In this document: in pieces, positions 37,310 to 47,253 of the stretch
How positions within the stretch are numbered: the stretch's first letter is position 1
Layout of the letters: every line of letters starts with the position of its first letter
Assembly: GCA_036567985.1 (NCBI GenBank)
Contig: DATCTK010000022.1
Coordinates: 471 to 64,470 of the forward strand
Direction: 5' to 3'
Origin: Gammaproteobacteria bacterium
GTDB lineage: Bacteria > Pseudomonadota > Gammaproteobacteria > SZUA-229
DNA: 64,000 nucleotides
Program-made: the position numbers and the translations under genes
Notes under the pieces: model-generated
The model's input: only the letters and a program-made list of their open reading frames with translations
What the model was told of the DNA's origin: nothing
Database searches by the model: none

Positions 37310-37436
37310 ACCCCGCTGCTTTTTGCGGGCAAGTGACCGGGAACGGCATTTTCTTGCTTACTTCTTTTCTGCTGGAGGAAAAGAAGTGAGTCGCCAGAAA
37401 GGCGAAACAGCACAGTTCAGAATTTCGTGAAGGTGA
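37310..37436 (+). repeat. Host ~125-bp interspersed repeat, copy 1 (double hairpin CTTCTTTTC...GAAAAGAAG / TCGCCAGAAAGGCGA)
   Basis: Near-identical to the reverse complement of 47121-47253 and to 47641-47700. Confidence 0.8.
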
Positions 37437-37475
37437 ATTTAGATAAGATAATTAAATTAATTGCTAGAGAATGCT

Positions 37476-37581
37476 TTGCTCGTTCCCACGCTCCCGCGTG
37501 GGAATGCATATGCGGGGAGACATTAATGAAAACAACCTGCATCGTACAGCAAAGGGTTCCCCGCAGGAGCATGGGAACCAG
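37476..37581 (+). repeat. REP family B element, copy 1 (double hairpin TTCCCACGC...GCGTGGGAA and GGTTCCC...GGGAACC)
   Basis: About 90% identical to 42062-42163; a fragment recurs at 63173-63204. Source of spurious ORF 37427..37639. Confidence 0.8.
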
Positions 37582-37620
37582 GCAATACATAATTTATAGC
37601 TGTGCTTGTATGGGAATCAG

Positions 37621-37699
37621 GTGGATCCACTTCGTTTGATCCACCCTACGGGAAAATGAAGGCTTTTGTAGGGTGGCATCAAGCGTTAGCGGATCCACC
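37621..37699. repeat. Inverted pair of REP family A units (GTAGGGTGGATCAAGCGAAGCGGATCCACC)
   Basis: 37621-37649 (reverse) and 37668-37699 (forward). Further copies at 42029-42058, 42429-42457 and 47020-47049. Confidence 0.8.
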
Positions 37700-37779
37700 G
37701 GTTGTCGTGCGCATGATGGGGTTTATAAGCGTTGTATGCACAAACACCTATCACGCCCCAGCATATTTCAACTGGTACG

Positions 37780-39459
37780 TTAACTCTCACCCGCCTGACG
37801 GGTAACATCCACATACAGTTTCAGCATCTGCCCCGGCTGCAGGTACTTACCGGTAAACTGGTTCCAGCGTTTCAGGTCGTTGACCGCTACCCTGAACTTG
37901 GAAGCAATCAGGTACAGCGAATCACCGTTGCGCACCCGGTAGGAAATGCGCTGGATGGTATTGGCCTGGCCCCGGCTGGTTGAGGTTGAAATCAGCCCCG
38001 GGCTGGATTTGGTCCAGATCACCAGTTTCTGTCCGGCGCGCAGTGGGTCACGCACGGCCATGCCGTTCCAGCGGGCAATCTTGTGTGTGCTCACCTTGTA
38101 CTTACGCGACAGATCCCAGAAGGTGTCACCCGGCTGCACGATGTGGGTGACCTTGTGTCCCTGGCGGTTGATATTCTGCAGGGTTTTTTTGCGCTGGTAG
38201 GCGGTGAGGTTGTAGTCCGACAGGCTGCGGCTGGCGACCGGAATTACCAGGTGGCGGCCGGCGCGGATAATTTGTGAATCCAGGTTATTGTGGCGCTTCA
38301 GGCTGGCTACCGAAACCGAGTAGCGGTCGGCTATGTGACTCAGGGTTTCACCTTCACGGATACGGTGGCGTTTCCACTTAATGCGCTCGTCTTCGGGAAT
38401 CATCGCCAGGTTGGTTTTAAACACATCCGTATGGTTCACAGGAATCAGCAGGTGGTGCGGCCCAAAGGGGTCGGTTGCCCAGTGGTTAAACGCCGGGTTC
38501 AGCCGGTAGAGCTCGTCCAGTTCCAGCCCGGCCATTTCCGCGGCCATGGCCAGGTCCAGCTGTGATTCAGTATCCACCACTTCAAAGTAGGGGATATCCG
38601 CCACGCAGTTAAGGGTAATGCCGTATTCTTCGGGTGTGTCGACCAGGCGTTTCAGCGCCAGCAGCTTGGGTACATAGGCGCGGGTTTCCCTGGGCAGGTC
38701 CAGGTTCCAGAAGTCGGTGGGCTTGCCGCGTTTCTGGTTATTGCGAATAGCTCGGCGCACGGTGCCGGAACCCGAGTTATAGGCGGCCAGTGCGTGCAGC
38801 CAGTCGCCCTTGAATTCCCGGTGCAGGCTTTCCAGGTAATCGAACGCCGCCATGGTGGAGGCATAGATGTCGCGGCGACCGTCGTACCACCAGTTCTGTT
38901 TCAGGCCGTAGATTTTGCCGGTGGAGGGAATAAACTGCCAGATGCCGGCAGCGCGGCCGTGGGAATAGGCAAAGGCCTGGAAGGCGCTTTCCACCACCGG
39001 CAGCAGTACCAGTTCGGTGGGCAGATTGCGCTTTTCAGCCTCGTTCAGAATAAAGTGCATAAACGGCTCGGCGCGTTCCACCACGCGATCGAGGTAGTTC
39101 TGGTGTTTAGCATACCAGTTCAGCTCGGAAATCAGTCGTGGGTTATCGGTGATATCCTCAATTGCGAAGCCGGCGCGTAGGCGGGGCCAGATATCGGTGA
39201 TGTCGCTGCGGTAATCATCGGGGTTGATGGCAAACAGCAGATCGTCATTCGGTTCTGCCGCCTGTAGCGGTTTCACTGTTTCGGTCGCTTCCTCTGCATC
39301 GGCCCTGTGGCTCAGGCTGGCAGAGCAGGCGAGCAGTGAACTGCCCAGCAGGGCAATGCCCAGGGTGCTGGAAACGGCTTTAAAAATGGCGGGTAGATTT
39401 GGCGAAATAGGTATAGTAAACAATGGCCTGGCTTCTTTATCTAAATTCATGATGAGCAA
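37780..39459 (-). CDS. mltD: Membrane-bound lytic murein transglycosylase D-like protein with LysM domains
   Basis: 559 aa. Signal peptide, SLT catalytic region (ESAFQAFAYSHGRAAGIWQF), C-terminal LysM repeats (GDTFWDLSRKY...; GDSLYLIASKF...). Confidence 0.85.
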   Translation of the reverse strand: MLIMNLDKEARPLFTIPISPNLPAIFKAVSSTLGIALLGSSLLACSASLSHRADAEEATETVKPLQAAEPNDDLLFAINPDDYRSDITDIWPRLRAGFAIEDITDNPRLISELNWYAKHQNYLDRVVERAEPFMHFILNEAEKRNLPTELVLLPVVESAFQAFAYSHGRAAGIWQFIPSTGKIYGLKQNWWYDGRRDIYASTMAAFDYLESLHREFKGDWLHALAAYNSGSGTVRRAIRNNQKRGKPTDFWNLDLPRETRAYVPKLLALKRLVDTPEEYGITLNCVADIPYFEVVDTESQLDLAMAAEMAGLELDELYRLNPAFNHWATDPFGPHHLLIPVNHTDVFKTNLAMIPEDERIKWKRHRIREGETLSHIADRYSVSVASLKRHNNLDSQIIRAGRHLVIPVASRSLSDYNLTAYQRKKTLQNINRQGHKVTHIVQPGDTFWDLSRKYKVSTHKIARWNGMAVRDPLRAGQKLVIWTKSSPGLISTSTSRGQANTIQRISYRVRNGDSLYLIASKFRVAVNDLKRWNQFTGKYLQPGQMLKLYVDVTRQAGES

Positions 39460-39548
39460 GTTTAATAGACCAGCAAGTGTAAATCATCATCTTCGCTTTT
39501 GCTTGATTAATTTCTCAAACTGCGAGCTGATCGGTTACTATTCGCCCC

Positions 39549-40004
39549 ATGAAAAATACTACTGATAAAGTCGAACTATACACCGATGGCGCCTGCCGCG
39601 GCAATCCGGGCCCCGGCGGCTGGGGTGTGTGGATGCGCTACGGTGAGCATGAGAAAGAATTATGCGGAGGTGAGGCGGAAACCACCAATAACCGCATGGA
39701 ACTGATGGCGGCCATTATGGCGCTGGAGTCACTGAATCGCCGCTGCGAGGCGGTGATCTACACCGATTCAAAGTACGTGATGCAGGGCATTACCGAGTGG
39801 ATGGATAACTGGAAAGCACGGGGCTGGAAAACAGCGGCAAAAAAGCCGGTGAAAAACGTCGATCTATGGCAGCGCCTCGATAAGGCGCGGCTGGAACATA
39901 ATGTTGAGTGGCAATGGGTAAAAGGCCATTCCGGGCATAATGGCAATGACAAGGCGGACGAACTGGCCAACCGGGGCATTGACCAGATGCTGGCAGGGAG
40001 CTAG
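39549..40004 (+). CDS. rnhA: Ribonuclease HI
   Basis: 151 aa. [19 protein letters not shown]...TNNRMEL...DSKYV classic RNase H motifs. Confidence 0.95.
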   Translation: MKNTTDKVELYTDGACRGNPGPGGWGVWMRYGEHEKELCGGEAETTNNRMELMAAIMALESLNRRCEAVIYTDSKYVMQGITEWMDNWKARGWKTAAKKPVKNVDLWQRLDKARLEHNVEWQWVKGHSGHNGNDKADELANRGIDQMLAGS

Positions 40005-40044
40005 CACAGGCGTCTATAGTCGTTGGTCGGATTAAAAAAATATC

Positions 40045-40123
40045 GTAGGTTGGGGTGACGCAGGAACCCCAACGATCATGGTCGTATTGTTGGTGTTGGG
40101 GTTCCTGCGTCACCCCAACCTAC
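40045..40123. repeat. Perfect 29-bp inverted repeat pair (GTAGGTTGGGGTGACGCAGGAACCCCAAC / rc) with 21-bp spacer
   Basis: Arms at 40045-40073 and 40095-40123. Each arm also contains its own TTGGGG...CCCCAA hairpin. Confidence 0.85.
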
Positions 40124-40229
40124 ATCATAATTACGTTCATTAGCGTTTCCTTTTTACACGTGCATTTACGGACTGTGTCGTTGCCGACAATGGTTTAGAC
40201 TTATACCAACACCGAGATAAAGAATAAAT

Positions 40230-40943
40230 ATGCGACAGATAGTACTGGATACTGAAACCACCGGCCTTGAACCCAAGCAGGGGCACCGGATTATTGAAAT
40301 CGGTTGCGTCGAGATCGTTAATCGCCGCCTCACGGAAAACACCTACCACCAGTATATTCAGCCCGACCGTGAAATCGACGAGGGGGCCTATGAGGTTCAT
40401 GGCATCAGCAACGAGTTTCTGGCGGACAAGCCCCGCTTTGTTGATGTTGTGGAGGACTTTATCGCCTTCGTCAACGGTGCCGAGCTGATAATTCACAACG
40501 CGCCTTTCGATATTGGCTTCCTTGATCACGAGCTGGCAATGCTGGACCCGGTGTGGGGCAAGATGAGTGATCATTGCCGCATTACCGACAGCCTGGTGAT
40601 GGCGCGTAAAAAACACCCGGGTCAGAAGAATAACCTGGATGCGCTGTGTAAACGCTATGAAGTAAATAATGCGCGCCGCGAGTTGCACGGCGCACTGCTG
40701 GATGCCGAGCTGCTGGCGGAAGTGTACCTGAGCATGACCGGCGGGCAGGAAGCACTGGCGCTGTCCGCAGAGGGCAGTGAGTCCCATGAAGGTGTGGTCA
40801 GCCCGGTGCGCCGTATAGACAGTAACCGTCCACCGCTGAGTGTGATTCGTGCCACCGTGGAGGAGCTGGAAGCCCACCAGGAGCGCCTGGGTAAACTGGG
40901 TGAGGCCTGTATCTGGAAACGTGAGGAAACGGGACAGGCCTGA
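40230..40943 (+). CDS. dnaQ: DNA polymerase III epsilon subunit (3'-5' proofreading exonuclease)
   Basis: 237 aa. MRQIVLDTETTGL Exo I motif, HNAPFDIGFL Exo II, H..LxDA Exo III. Confidence 0.95.
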   Translation: MRQIVLDTETTGLEPKQGHRIIEIGCVEIVNRRLTENTYHQYIQPDREIDEGAYEVHGISNEFLADKPRFVDVVEDFIAFVNGAELIIHNAPFDIGFLDHELAMLDPVWGKMSDHCRITDSLVMARKKHPGQKNNLDALCKRYEVNNARRELHGALLDAELLAEVYLSMTGGQEALALSAEGSESHEGVVSPVRRIDSNRPPLSVIRATVEELEAHQERLGKLGEACIWKREETGQA

Positions 40944-41026
40944 GCCGGGCCTGTTGGATCGAACTCCATCTGGCAGCTCGGGTCTACCAGACATGAATTG
41001 CATTATTAATACAGGCGGACACCAAA

Positions 41027-42004
41027 GTGAGCATGCTGATTAAACATAAAGATAAACAGGCCATTAAACCGTCCGAGATTACCCCGGAAGCTGATTTTCT
41101 TAATCGGCGTGAATTTATCAAACAGTCCGGCCTGTTTGCCACCGCCCTGTGTACCAGCAGCCTGTTGTCATCCCCTGCATCTGCCAGTAGTGAATATGCC
41201 AATGACTTCAGCGATGTGATTAAAACCCCCTACGGCCAGGGTGAAAAACTCAACAGCTTCCGCGATGCCACCACCTACAATAATTTTTACGAATTTGGCA
41301 CTTCAAAAACAGATCCCTTCGAGAATGCACAGGACTTTGTCACCGACCCCTGGTCTGTTGAGATTGCCGGTGAAGCGGCGAAAACCGGTACCTATCATCT
41401 GGAAGATATACTTGGCAAAGTGCAGCTGGAAGAACGTATTTACCGTTTCCGCTGTGTTGAAGGCTGGTCGATGGTGGTGCCCTGGACCGGCTTTTCACTG
41501 GCGGATCTGTTGAAGCGTTTTGAGCCGAACAGCCGTGCTAAGTATGTCGCCTTCGAAACCCTGTATGACCCGCAACAAATGCCGGGGCAGAAACGCCGCG
41601 TGCTCGACTGGCCTTACCGTGAAGGTCTGCGTATGGACGAGGCGATGAACCCCTTGAGTTTTATGGCAGTGGGCCTGTATGGCCATGAAATGCCCAACCA
41701 GAATGGCGCACCGATTCGTTTGCTGGTGCCCTGGAAATACGGCTTTAAAAGCATCAAGTCGATTGTAAAAATCAGTTTTACTGAACAGCAACCGGTATCT
41801 ACCTGGAATGTCTCCGCACCCCATGAGTACGGTTTTTATTCCAATGTTAATCCAGATGTAGATCACCCGCGCTGGAGCCAGGCAACCGAGCGCAGGCTGG
41901 GCGCAAATTTCTGGGAACCGAAAATCGATACCCAGCTGTTTAACGGCTATGCCGAGCAGGTGGCGCATCTGTACAAGGGTATGGATTTAAAGAAGTATTT
42001 TTAA
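41027..42004 (+). CDS. msrP: Protein-methionine-sulfoxide reductase catalytic subunit MsrP (YedY), Tat-secreted molybdoenzyme
   Basis: 325 aa. Twin-arginine signal RREFIKQSGLFATAL. Sulfite-oxidase-family fold. Confidence 0.85.
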   Translation: MSMLIKHKDKQAIKPSEITPEADFLNRREFIKQSGLFATALCTSSLLSSPASASSEYANDFSDVIKTPYGQGEKLNSFRDATTYNNFYEFGTSKTDPFENAQDFVTDPWSVEIAGEAAKTGTYHLEDILGKVQLEERIYRFRCVEGWSMVVPWTGFSLADLLKRFEPNSRAKYVAFETLYDPQQMPGQKRRVLDWPYREGLRMDEAMNPLSFMAVGLYGHEMPNQNGAPIRLLVPWKYGFKSIKSIVKISFTEQQPVSTWNVSAPHEYGFYSNVNPDVDHPRWSQATERRLGANFWEPKIDTQLFNGYAEQVAHLYKGMDLKKYF

Positions 42005-42028
42005 GTCGTTGCTTGTTTGTATTTGTTC

Positions 42029-42457
42029 GTAGGGTGGATCAAGCGAAGCGGATACACCTTATTGCTCGTTTCCACGCTCCTGCGTGGGAATGCATGCACA
42101 GCAGAGGCGTTAATAAAACAACCTGCATAGCAACGGGTTTCCACGCAGGAGCATGGGAACCAGCTCAGTCTTTTATTAATATCTCAATCTGCAGAGTTAT
42201 GTGAAAGGTTTCTAGTCGGGCTGTTTTGAAGATTGTTCTTCGGCCAGGTGCCAGCGCTTTTTACAGTTTTGGCATTCATGCTGCGGGTAAAATGCCGGAC
42301 TACCACATTAAAATATTTGCGTTTATTTATTCCGCACATCCTGTGCTCCACCCTTCGGGCCGAGCATTCGCTCGTTCAAAGTGCTCCAGCACTTTAGTGC
42401 GTTCATTGGCGGACTTTACTGAAATCAAGTGGATCCGCTTCGCTTGATTCACCCTAC
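42029..42457. repeat. Mosaic BIME-like repeat cluster: A(+), B copy 2, C-type arm pair with nested B fragment, A(-)
   Basis: Family A at 42029-42058 and 42429-42457. Family B at 42062-42163. Family C-like TTTGCGTTTATTTATTCCGC...GTGCGTTCATTGGCGGAC at 42310-42418. Source of spurious ORFs 42013..42204 and 42226..42447. Confidence 0.75.
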
Positions 42458-42519
42458 GGTTTTATTATTTGAAGATGACATCCAATTCCATATCATCCAG
42501 ATTTTCATTCAGTGCATGG

Positions 42520-43107
42520 ATGATGCCTAAATACATTAAACCGCTGTTATTCATATTGTGTCTGACGCCGTTGATGTCCCTGCTGTATTCTGCATTCACC
42601 CAGCAACTTGGTCCCAATCCGGCGGAAGCGTTGATTCGCGGTTTTGGTGACTGGGGGCTGTATTTTCTATTGCTGGGGCTGGCCATAACCCCGTTGCGGA
42701 AACTGCTGAACCTGTCCTCGTTGATTGCCTACCGTCGTATGCTGGGGCTGTTTGCGTTTTTTTATGTGTGCCTGCATTTTTTAAGTTACATCTGGTTTGA
42801 TATGTTTTTCGACTGGTCGGAGATTGTGCGGGATATTATCAAGCGGCCGTTTATAACGGTTGGCTTTATCTGTTTTTTATTATTGTGGCCACTGGCGCTG
42901 ACCTCGACCAATAAAATGATGCGACGCCTGAAGAAAAACTGGGGGCGCTTGCATAAACTGGTGTACCCGGTTTCGCTGCTGGCCATGCTGCATTATTTTA
43001 TGATGACCCGCGCGGATTACCTGCAGCCCAGTTTATTGCTGCTGGTGCTGTTGTTATTACTGGGCTATCGCCTTTACAAACGACAGACTGGTAAGGCAGC
43101 GCAATGA
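42520..43107 (+). CDS. msrQ: MsrQ (YedZ) haem-binding membrane subunit of MsrPQ
   Basis: About 195 aa from the internal Met (the track ORF N-terminus lies in the repeat region). Multiple TM helices with conserved His. Downstream of msrP. Confidence 0.8.
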   Translation: MMPKYIKPLLFILCLTPLMSLLYSAFTQQLGPNPAEALIRGFGDWGLYFLLLGLAITPLRKLLNLSSLIAYRRMLGLFAFFYVCLHFLSYIWFDMFFDWSEIVRDIIKRPFITVGFICFLLLWPLALTSTNKMMRRLKKNWGRLHKLVYPVSLLAMLHYFMMTRADYLQPSLLLLVLLLLLGYRLYKRQTGKAAQ

Positions 43108-43829
43108 AATTTGACTCACCCCTGGTGGAAGGGCGTCTGCTCAAACGTTACAAACGCTTCCTTGCGGATATTCGACTGCCGGATGGACGCGAACTGACCG
43201 CCCACTGTGCCAATACCGGTGCCATGACCGGCTGTGCCCCCGAGGGTGCCAGGGTGTGGCTGAGCCGTTCTGATAATGCCAAACGCAAATACCCCTACAG
43301 CTGGCAGCTGGTGGAAGTGGCAAGCGGGGTGCTGGCCTGTATCAATACGGCACTCACCAATAAGCTGGTGGCTGAAGCGCTGGCTGAAGGTAAAATAGCG
43401 GAACTGGCCGGGTACGATGTGTGCCAGAGTGAAGTGCGCTATGGTGACGAGCGAAGCCGCATTGATTTTTTGCTCAGTCACAGTGAGCCACATCATCAGC
43501 CCTCCAGCCCGCCGGCCTATGTCGAAGTCAAACATGTCACCCTGAGTTTACAGCCGGGGGTGGGCAGTTTTCCCGATGCGGTAACAAAGCGTGGCCAGAA
43601 GCATCTACGGGAGTTGATGCAGCAGGTGCAACAGGGTTACCGCGCGGTATTAGTGTTTATAATCATGCGCACTGATGTTACTCTTGTGAAGCCGGAAGAC
43701 GCCATTGACAGGGATTATGGCCAGTTACTCAGGCAGGCGGTTGCGCAGGGGGTGGAGGTTATCGCCTATGCCACTGATATCAGCCCGCAGCAAATCCGCC
43801 TGAGCCATGCCATACCGGTTGTACTCTGA
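43104..43829 (+). CDS. sfsA: Sugar fermentation stimulation protein A (SfsA)
   Basis: 241 aa. Family-typical N-terminus ([30 protein letters not shown]). Confidence 0.85.
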   Translation: MKFDSPLVEGRLLKRYKRFLADIRLPDGRELTAHCANTGAMTGCAPEGARVWLSRSDNAKRKYPYSWQLVEVASGVLACINTALTNKLVAEALAEGKIAELAGYDVCQSEVRYGDERSRIDFLLSHSEPHHQPSSPPAYVEVKHVTLSLQPGVGSFPDAVTKRGQKHLRELMQQVQQGYRAVLVFIIMRTDVTLVKPEDAIDRDYGQLLRQAVAQGVEVIAYATDISPQQIRLSHAIPVVL

Positions 43830-43894
43830 TTTCTATACATATCAGGTAAATTTAACTAACGTGAACCGCCTAACCGAGATGAACCCCCTGGACC

Positions 43895-45142
43895 ATGTTT
43901 AGACCCAAAGAGCTTTTTATTGGCCTCAGATACACCCGCGCCAAACGCCGTAACGGTTTCGTTTCCTTTATTGCATTGCTTTCCATGATCGGCATCGCCC
44001 TCGGTGTGGCGGCCTTGATAGTGGTGTTGTCGGTAATGAATGGCTTTGGTAAGGAACTGCGTGAGCGCACCCTGGGGATGACCGCCCATGCCACGGTCAC
44101 CGGCCAGGACGGCACCCTGTCCGACTGGCAGGCTATCGAACGCCGGGTGCGGGCGCATCGCAGTGTGATCAATGCCGCGCCCTATACCCAGAACGAAGCC
44201 ATGTTGAGTAATCGCAGCCGGGTGAGTGGTGCGATTATTCGCGGCGTCTACCCGAAACTTGAACCCCGTGTATCGGATATTGATACCAAGATGGTGTCGG
44301 GCGCACTGGCGGATCTGCAGCCGGGGGAGTTCGGTATTATTCTGGGACGGGAGCTGGCCAATGCCATGGGTGTGTTTGAAGGTGAAAAAATCACCGTGAT
44401 CACGCCCCAGGCGAATGTTACCCCGGTGGGCGTAATGCCACGGCTCAAACGCTTTACCGTGGTAGGGGTGTTCGAAGCCGGTATGCATCAGTTTGATCGT
44501 TCCATGGCACTGATGCACATCGAGGATGCACAGACCCTGTTCAGTAAAGCGGATAAGGTGGATGGGCTGCGTCTCAAGCTGGACGATATGCTCAATTCCT
44601 ATAAAGTCACTGGCGAACTGAATCAACTGGTGGGTGAAGACTACTGGGTTCGCGACTGGACCAAAATGCACAGCAACCTGTTCAAGGCCTTGCAAACTGA
44701 AAAGGTGGTGATGTTTATTATCCTGTTGCTGATCGTCGCTGTGGCGGCCTTCAATATTATTTCCACCCTGGTGATGACGGTAAATGAAAAACAGGCGGAC
44801 ATCGCTATTCTGCGTACCATTGGCATGACACCCAACAGTTTAATGTGGGTGTTTATTGTGCAGGGCGTGGTGATCGGTCTGGTGGGTACCCTGCTTGGGG
44901 TTGCCATTGGTGTGCCGATGGCATTGAACGTTAACGAGATTGTGGTGTTTTTTGAAACCCTGTTGCACACCAAGTTCCTGCCGGCGGATGTGTATTACAT
45001 CTCCGATATAAAATCCGATTTACATGCCAGTGATGTGCTGGTGTATGCCGCAGCGGCGTTTGGTTTGTCGGTGCTGGCCACTATTTACCCGGCATGGCGT
45101 GCGGCCCGTGTGCAACCCGCCGATGCGCTGCGTTATGAATAA
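43895..45142 (+). CDS. Lipoprotein-release ABC transporter permease (LolC/E family; single copy, possibly LolF-type)
   Basis: 415 aa. MacB-like periplasmic domain plus FtsX C-terminal TM bundle. Directly upstream of lolD; no second permease gene adjacent. Confidence 0.85.
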   Translation: MFRPKELFIGLRYTRAKRRNGFVSFIALLSMIGIALGVAALIVVLSVMNGFGKELRERTLGMTAHATVTGQDGTLSDWQAIERRVRAHRSVINAAPYTQNEAMLSNRSRVSGAIIRGVYPKLEPRVSDIDTKMVSGALADLQPGEFGIILGRELANAMGVFEGEKITVITPQANVTPVGVMPRLKRFTVVGVFEAGMHQFDRSMALMHIEDAQTLFSKADKVDGLRLKLDDMLNSYKVTGELNQLVGEDYWVRDWTKMHSNLFKALQTEKVVMFIILLLIVAVAAFNIISTLVMTVNEKQADIAILRTIGMTPNSLMWVFIVQGVVIGLVGTLLGVAIGVPMALNVNEIVVFFETLLHTKFLPADVYYISDIKSDLHASDVLVYAAAAFGLSVLATIYPAWRAARVQPADALRYE

Positions 45143-45148
45143 GTTTAA

Positions 45149-45895
45149 GTGAGTTTATTGATGGTATCCCAGAACCGCTTTACCGAAACCAGTATTTTCC
45201 CCAGCAGCGCGGCCCAGCCGGTTGTGCTGGAGGCAGAAAACCTGTGTAAATCCTATGCAGAAGCCGGTGGTGGCCGCCTGGATGTGCTGGTTGATGTGAA
45301 TCTGACCGTGCGCAGTGGCGAGAAGGTAGCCATTGTGGGTGCGTCCGGTTCCGGCAAAAGCAGCCTGTTGCATCTGCTGGGCGGACTGGATACGCCGACG
45401 TCGGGACAGGTGTATATCGATGACAAAAATCTTAATCGCATGAAGGAAAAAGAGCGCTGTCGTATTCGCAATAATTACCTGGGTTTCGTCTATCAGTTCC
45501 ATCACCTGTTACCGGAGTTCAGCGCCCAGGAAAATGTTGCCATGCCGGCACTGGTGCGGGGCACGGCACCGTCACAGGCACTGAGTAAGGCTGCCATGTT
45601 ACTGGACAAAGTGGGTATGACACGACGGGTGCATCATAAACCATCGGAGTTATCTGGCGGTGAACGGCAACGTGCGGCCATTGCCCGTGCGGTGATTAAC
45701 GAACCCCGTTGTATCTGTGCCGATGAACCCACCGGTAACCTGGATCGGGCCACTGCCAACCAGGTGGTGCAGGTGTTGATGCGGCTGAATAATGAATTCG
45801 GCACCAGCCTGATTGTGGTTACCCATGACATGGAGCTGGCGAGAAAAATGGATACAATTTACACGATTGAAAACGGGCAGCTGAAACGGCTGTAA
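45149..45895 (+). CDS. lolD: Lipoprotein-releasing system ATP-binding protein LolD
   Basis: Walker A GASGSGKSSLLH, signature LSGGERQR, Walker B ICADEPTGNLD. Near-collinear with E. coli LolD. Confidence 0.9.
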   Translation: MSLLMVSQNRFTETSIFPSSAAQPVVLEAENLCKSYAEAGGGRLDVLVDVNLTVRSGEKVAIVGASGSGKSSLLHLLGGLDTPTSGQVYIDDKNLNRMKEKERCRIRNNYLGFVYQFHHLLPEFSAQENVAMPALVRGTAPSQALSKAAMLLDKVGMTRRVHHKPSELSGGERQRAAIARAVINEPRCICADEPTGNLDRATANQVVQVLMRLNNEFGTSLIVVTHDMELARKMDTIYTIENGQLKRL

Positions 45896-45924
45896 TCTTT
45901 TACGATTTTCAGAGTCTGTTAAAG

Positions 45925-46980
45925 ATGTCACAACCCCGCGCCAACAAAGCACTGAATGAACGTGCGCAATACCTGCTGAAAACCCTGATCAACTGCTACG
46001 TGGAAGAGGGCGTGCCGGTAGGGTCAAAAACCCTGGCAGAAAGTGCCGGCCTGAATATTTCCACCGCCACCATTCGCAATGTAATGGCCAACCTTGATTC
46101 CATGGGGCTGGTTACCTCACCCCATACTTCCGCTGGCCGAGTGCCCACCAATAAAGGCTTTCGTGTCTATGTCGACTCGATGCTGGAGCTAAGCCCGATT
46201 GAAGCGGCAATTAAAGAGCGCATTAAACAGCAACTGCATGGTGATCAGGACAAGGATCGGCTGATTAATATTGCCAACAATCTGCTCACCGATATTACCC
46301 AGATGGCAGGGGTGATTACCCTGCCCAAGGCCGGGCAGCTGAACCTCCGCCGCATTGAATTTCTGCCCCTGCCGGATAAAAAAATACTCGCCATACTGGT
46401 GGTGAATGAGCGGGATGTGCAGAATCGCATTGTGCATGTCGAGCGCGAATACAGTCAGAATGAGTTGCTGAAAATCTCCAATTACCTGAACCAGCATTTT
46501 ATGGGTACGGATATTTTCCAGATCCGCAACAAGCTGATGCAGGAACTGCAAACCGCGCGCAACCAGGTGGACGAAATGATGGCCGCAGCGGTAGCGCTGG
46601 CAGACCAGGCAATGCAGCCAGCGGAAGAAGATGAACCCTATCGCGTACAGGGGCAGGCGAACCTGATTCGTTTTGACGAAACCAATAACGCCAACCAGCT
46701 GCAGCAGCTGTTCCAGGTGTTTCAAAGCAAGCGGGATATGCTGGGTTTGCTGGATCGATGCATACAGTCCGATGATATGCAGGTGTTTATCGGTTCGGAA
46801 GCGGGCATTGAAGGCGTAGAGGATTTTTCCATAATCTCCGCACCCTATGGCAGCAAGGGGAATACACTGGGTGTGCTTGGTGTTATCGGCCCAACGCGTA
46901 TGGAATACAGTAAGGTGATTGCGACGGTGGATATTACTGCGCGGTTGCTGAGTTTGGCGTTGGGGTCGGATCAGAAATAG
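45925..46980 (+). CDS. hrcA: Heat-inducible transcription repressor HrcA
   Basis: 351 aa. N-terminal winged helix (GVPVGSKTLAE...SSATIRNVMANLD), typical HrcA length. Confidence 0.85.
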   Translation: MSQPRANKALNERAQYLLKTLINCYVEEGVPVGSKTLAESAGLNISTATIRNVMANLDSMGLVTSPHTSAGRVPTNKGFRVYVDSMLELSPIEAAIKERIKQQLHGDQDKDRLINIANNLLTDITQMAGVITLPKAGQLNLRRIEFLPLPDKKILAILVVNERDVQNRIVHVEREYSQNELLKISNYLNQHFMGTDIFQIRNKLMQELQTARNQVDEMMAAAVALADQAMQPAEEDEPYRVQGQANLIRFDETNNANQLQQLFQVFQSKRDMLGLLDRCIQSDDMQVFIGSEAGIEGVEDFSIISAPYGSKGNTLGVLGVIGPTRMEYSKVIATVDITARLLSLALGSDQK

Positions 46981-47120
46981 TTATTCAGGTTTATCGCCTG
47001 GTGCATATGGACTGCTGTTGTAGGGTGGATCAAGCGAAGCGGATCCACCGATTGACGTGCAGGAAAGTGTGCTGTTGATAGTTTTCTGTGGTAATTAACC
47101 TTACTGTCTTATGAAGATTT

Positions 47121-47253
47121 ACTTTCACGATATTCTGATCTGTGCTGTTTCGCCTCTCTGGCGACTCACTTCTTTTCCTTCAGCAGAAAAGAAGTAAGCA
47201 AGAAAATGCCGTTCCCGGTCACTTGCCCGCAAAAAGCGCGGGTTCCCGAAAAT
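47121..47253 (-). repeat. Host ~125-bp interspersed repeat, copy 2 (inverted relative to copy 1)
   Basis: The reverse complement aligns base-for-base with 37310-37436, apart from about 6 mismatches. Upstream homology is lost exactly at the prophage junction. Confidence 0.8.

Noticed and set aside
37427-37639. Track ORF (70 aa, ...ARSHAPAWECI...) and the analogous 42013..42204 ORF (...ARFHAPAWECM...)
   Set aside because: Both are translations of the family B intergenic repeat. The shared peptide arises from repeat identity, not protein homology.
40140-41003. 287-aa minus-strand ORF
   Set aside because: Fully antisense to the clearly real dnaQ gene; no motifs; a GC-skewed antisense artefact.
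40944-41026. Looked for a tRNA after dnaQ, and for tRNA/rRNA elsewhere
   Set aside because: No cloverleaf-like GTTCGAATC (T-loop) or acceptor-stem pattern found by eye. None reported.
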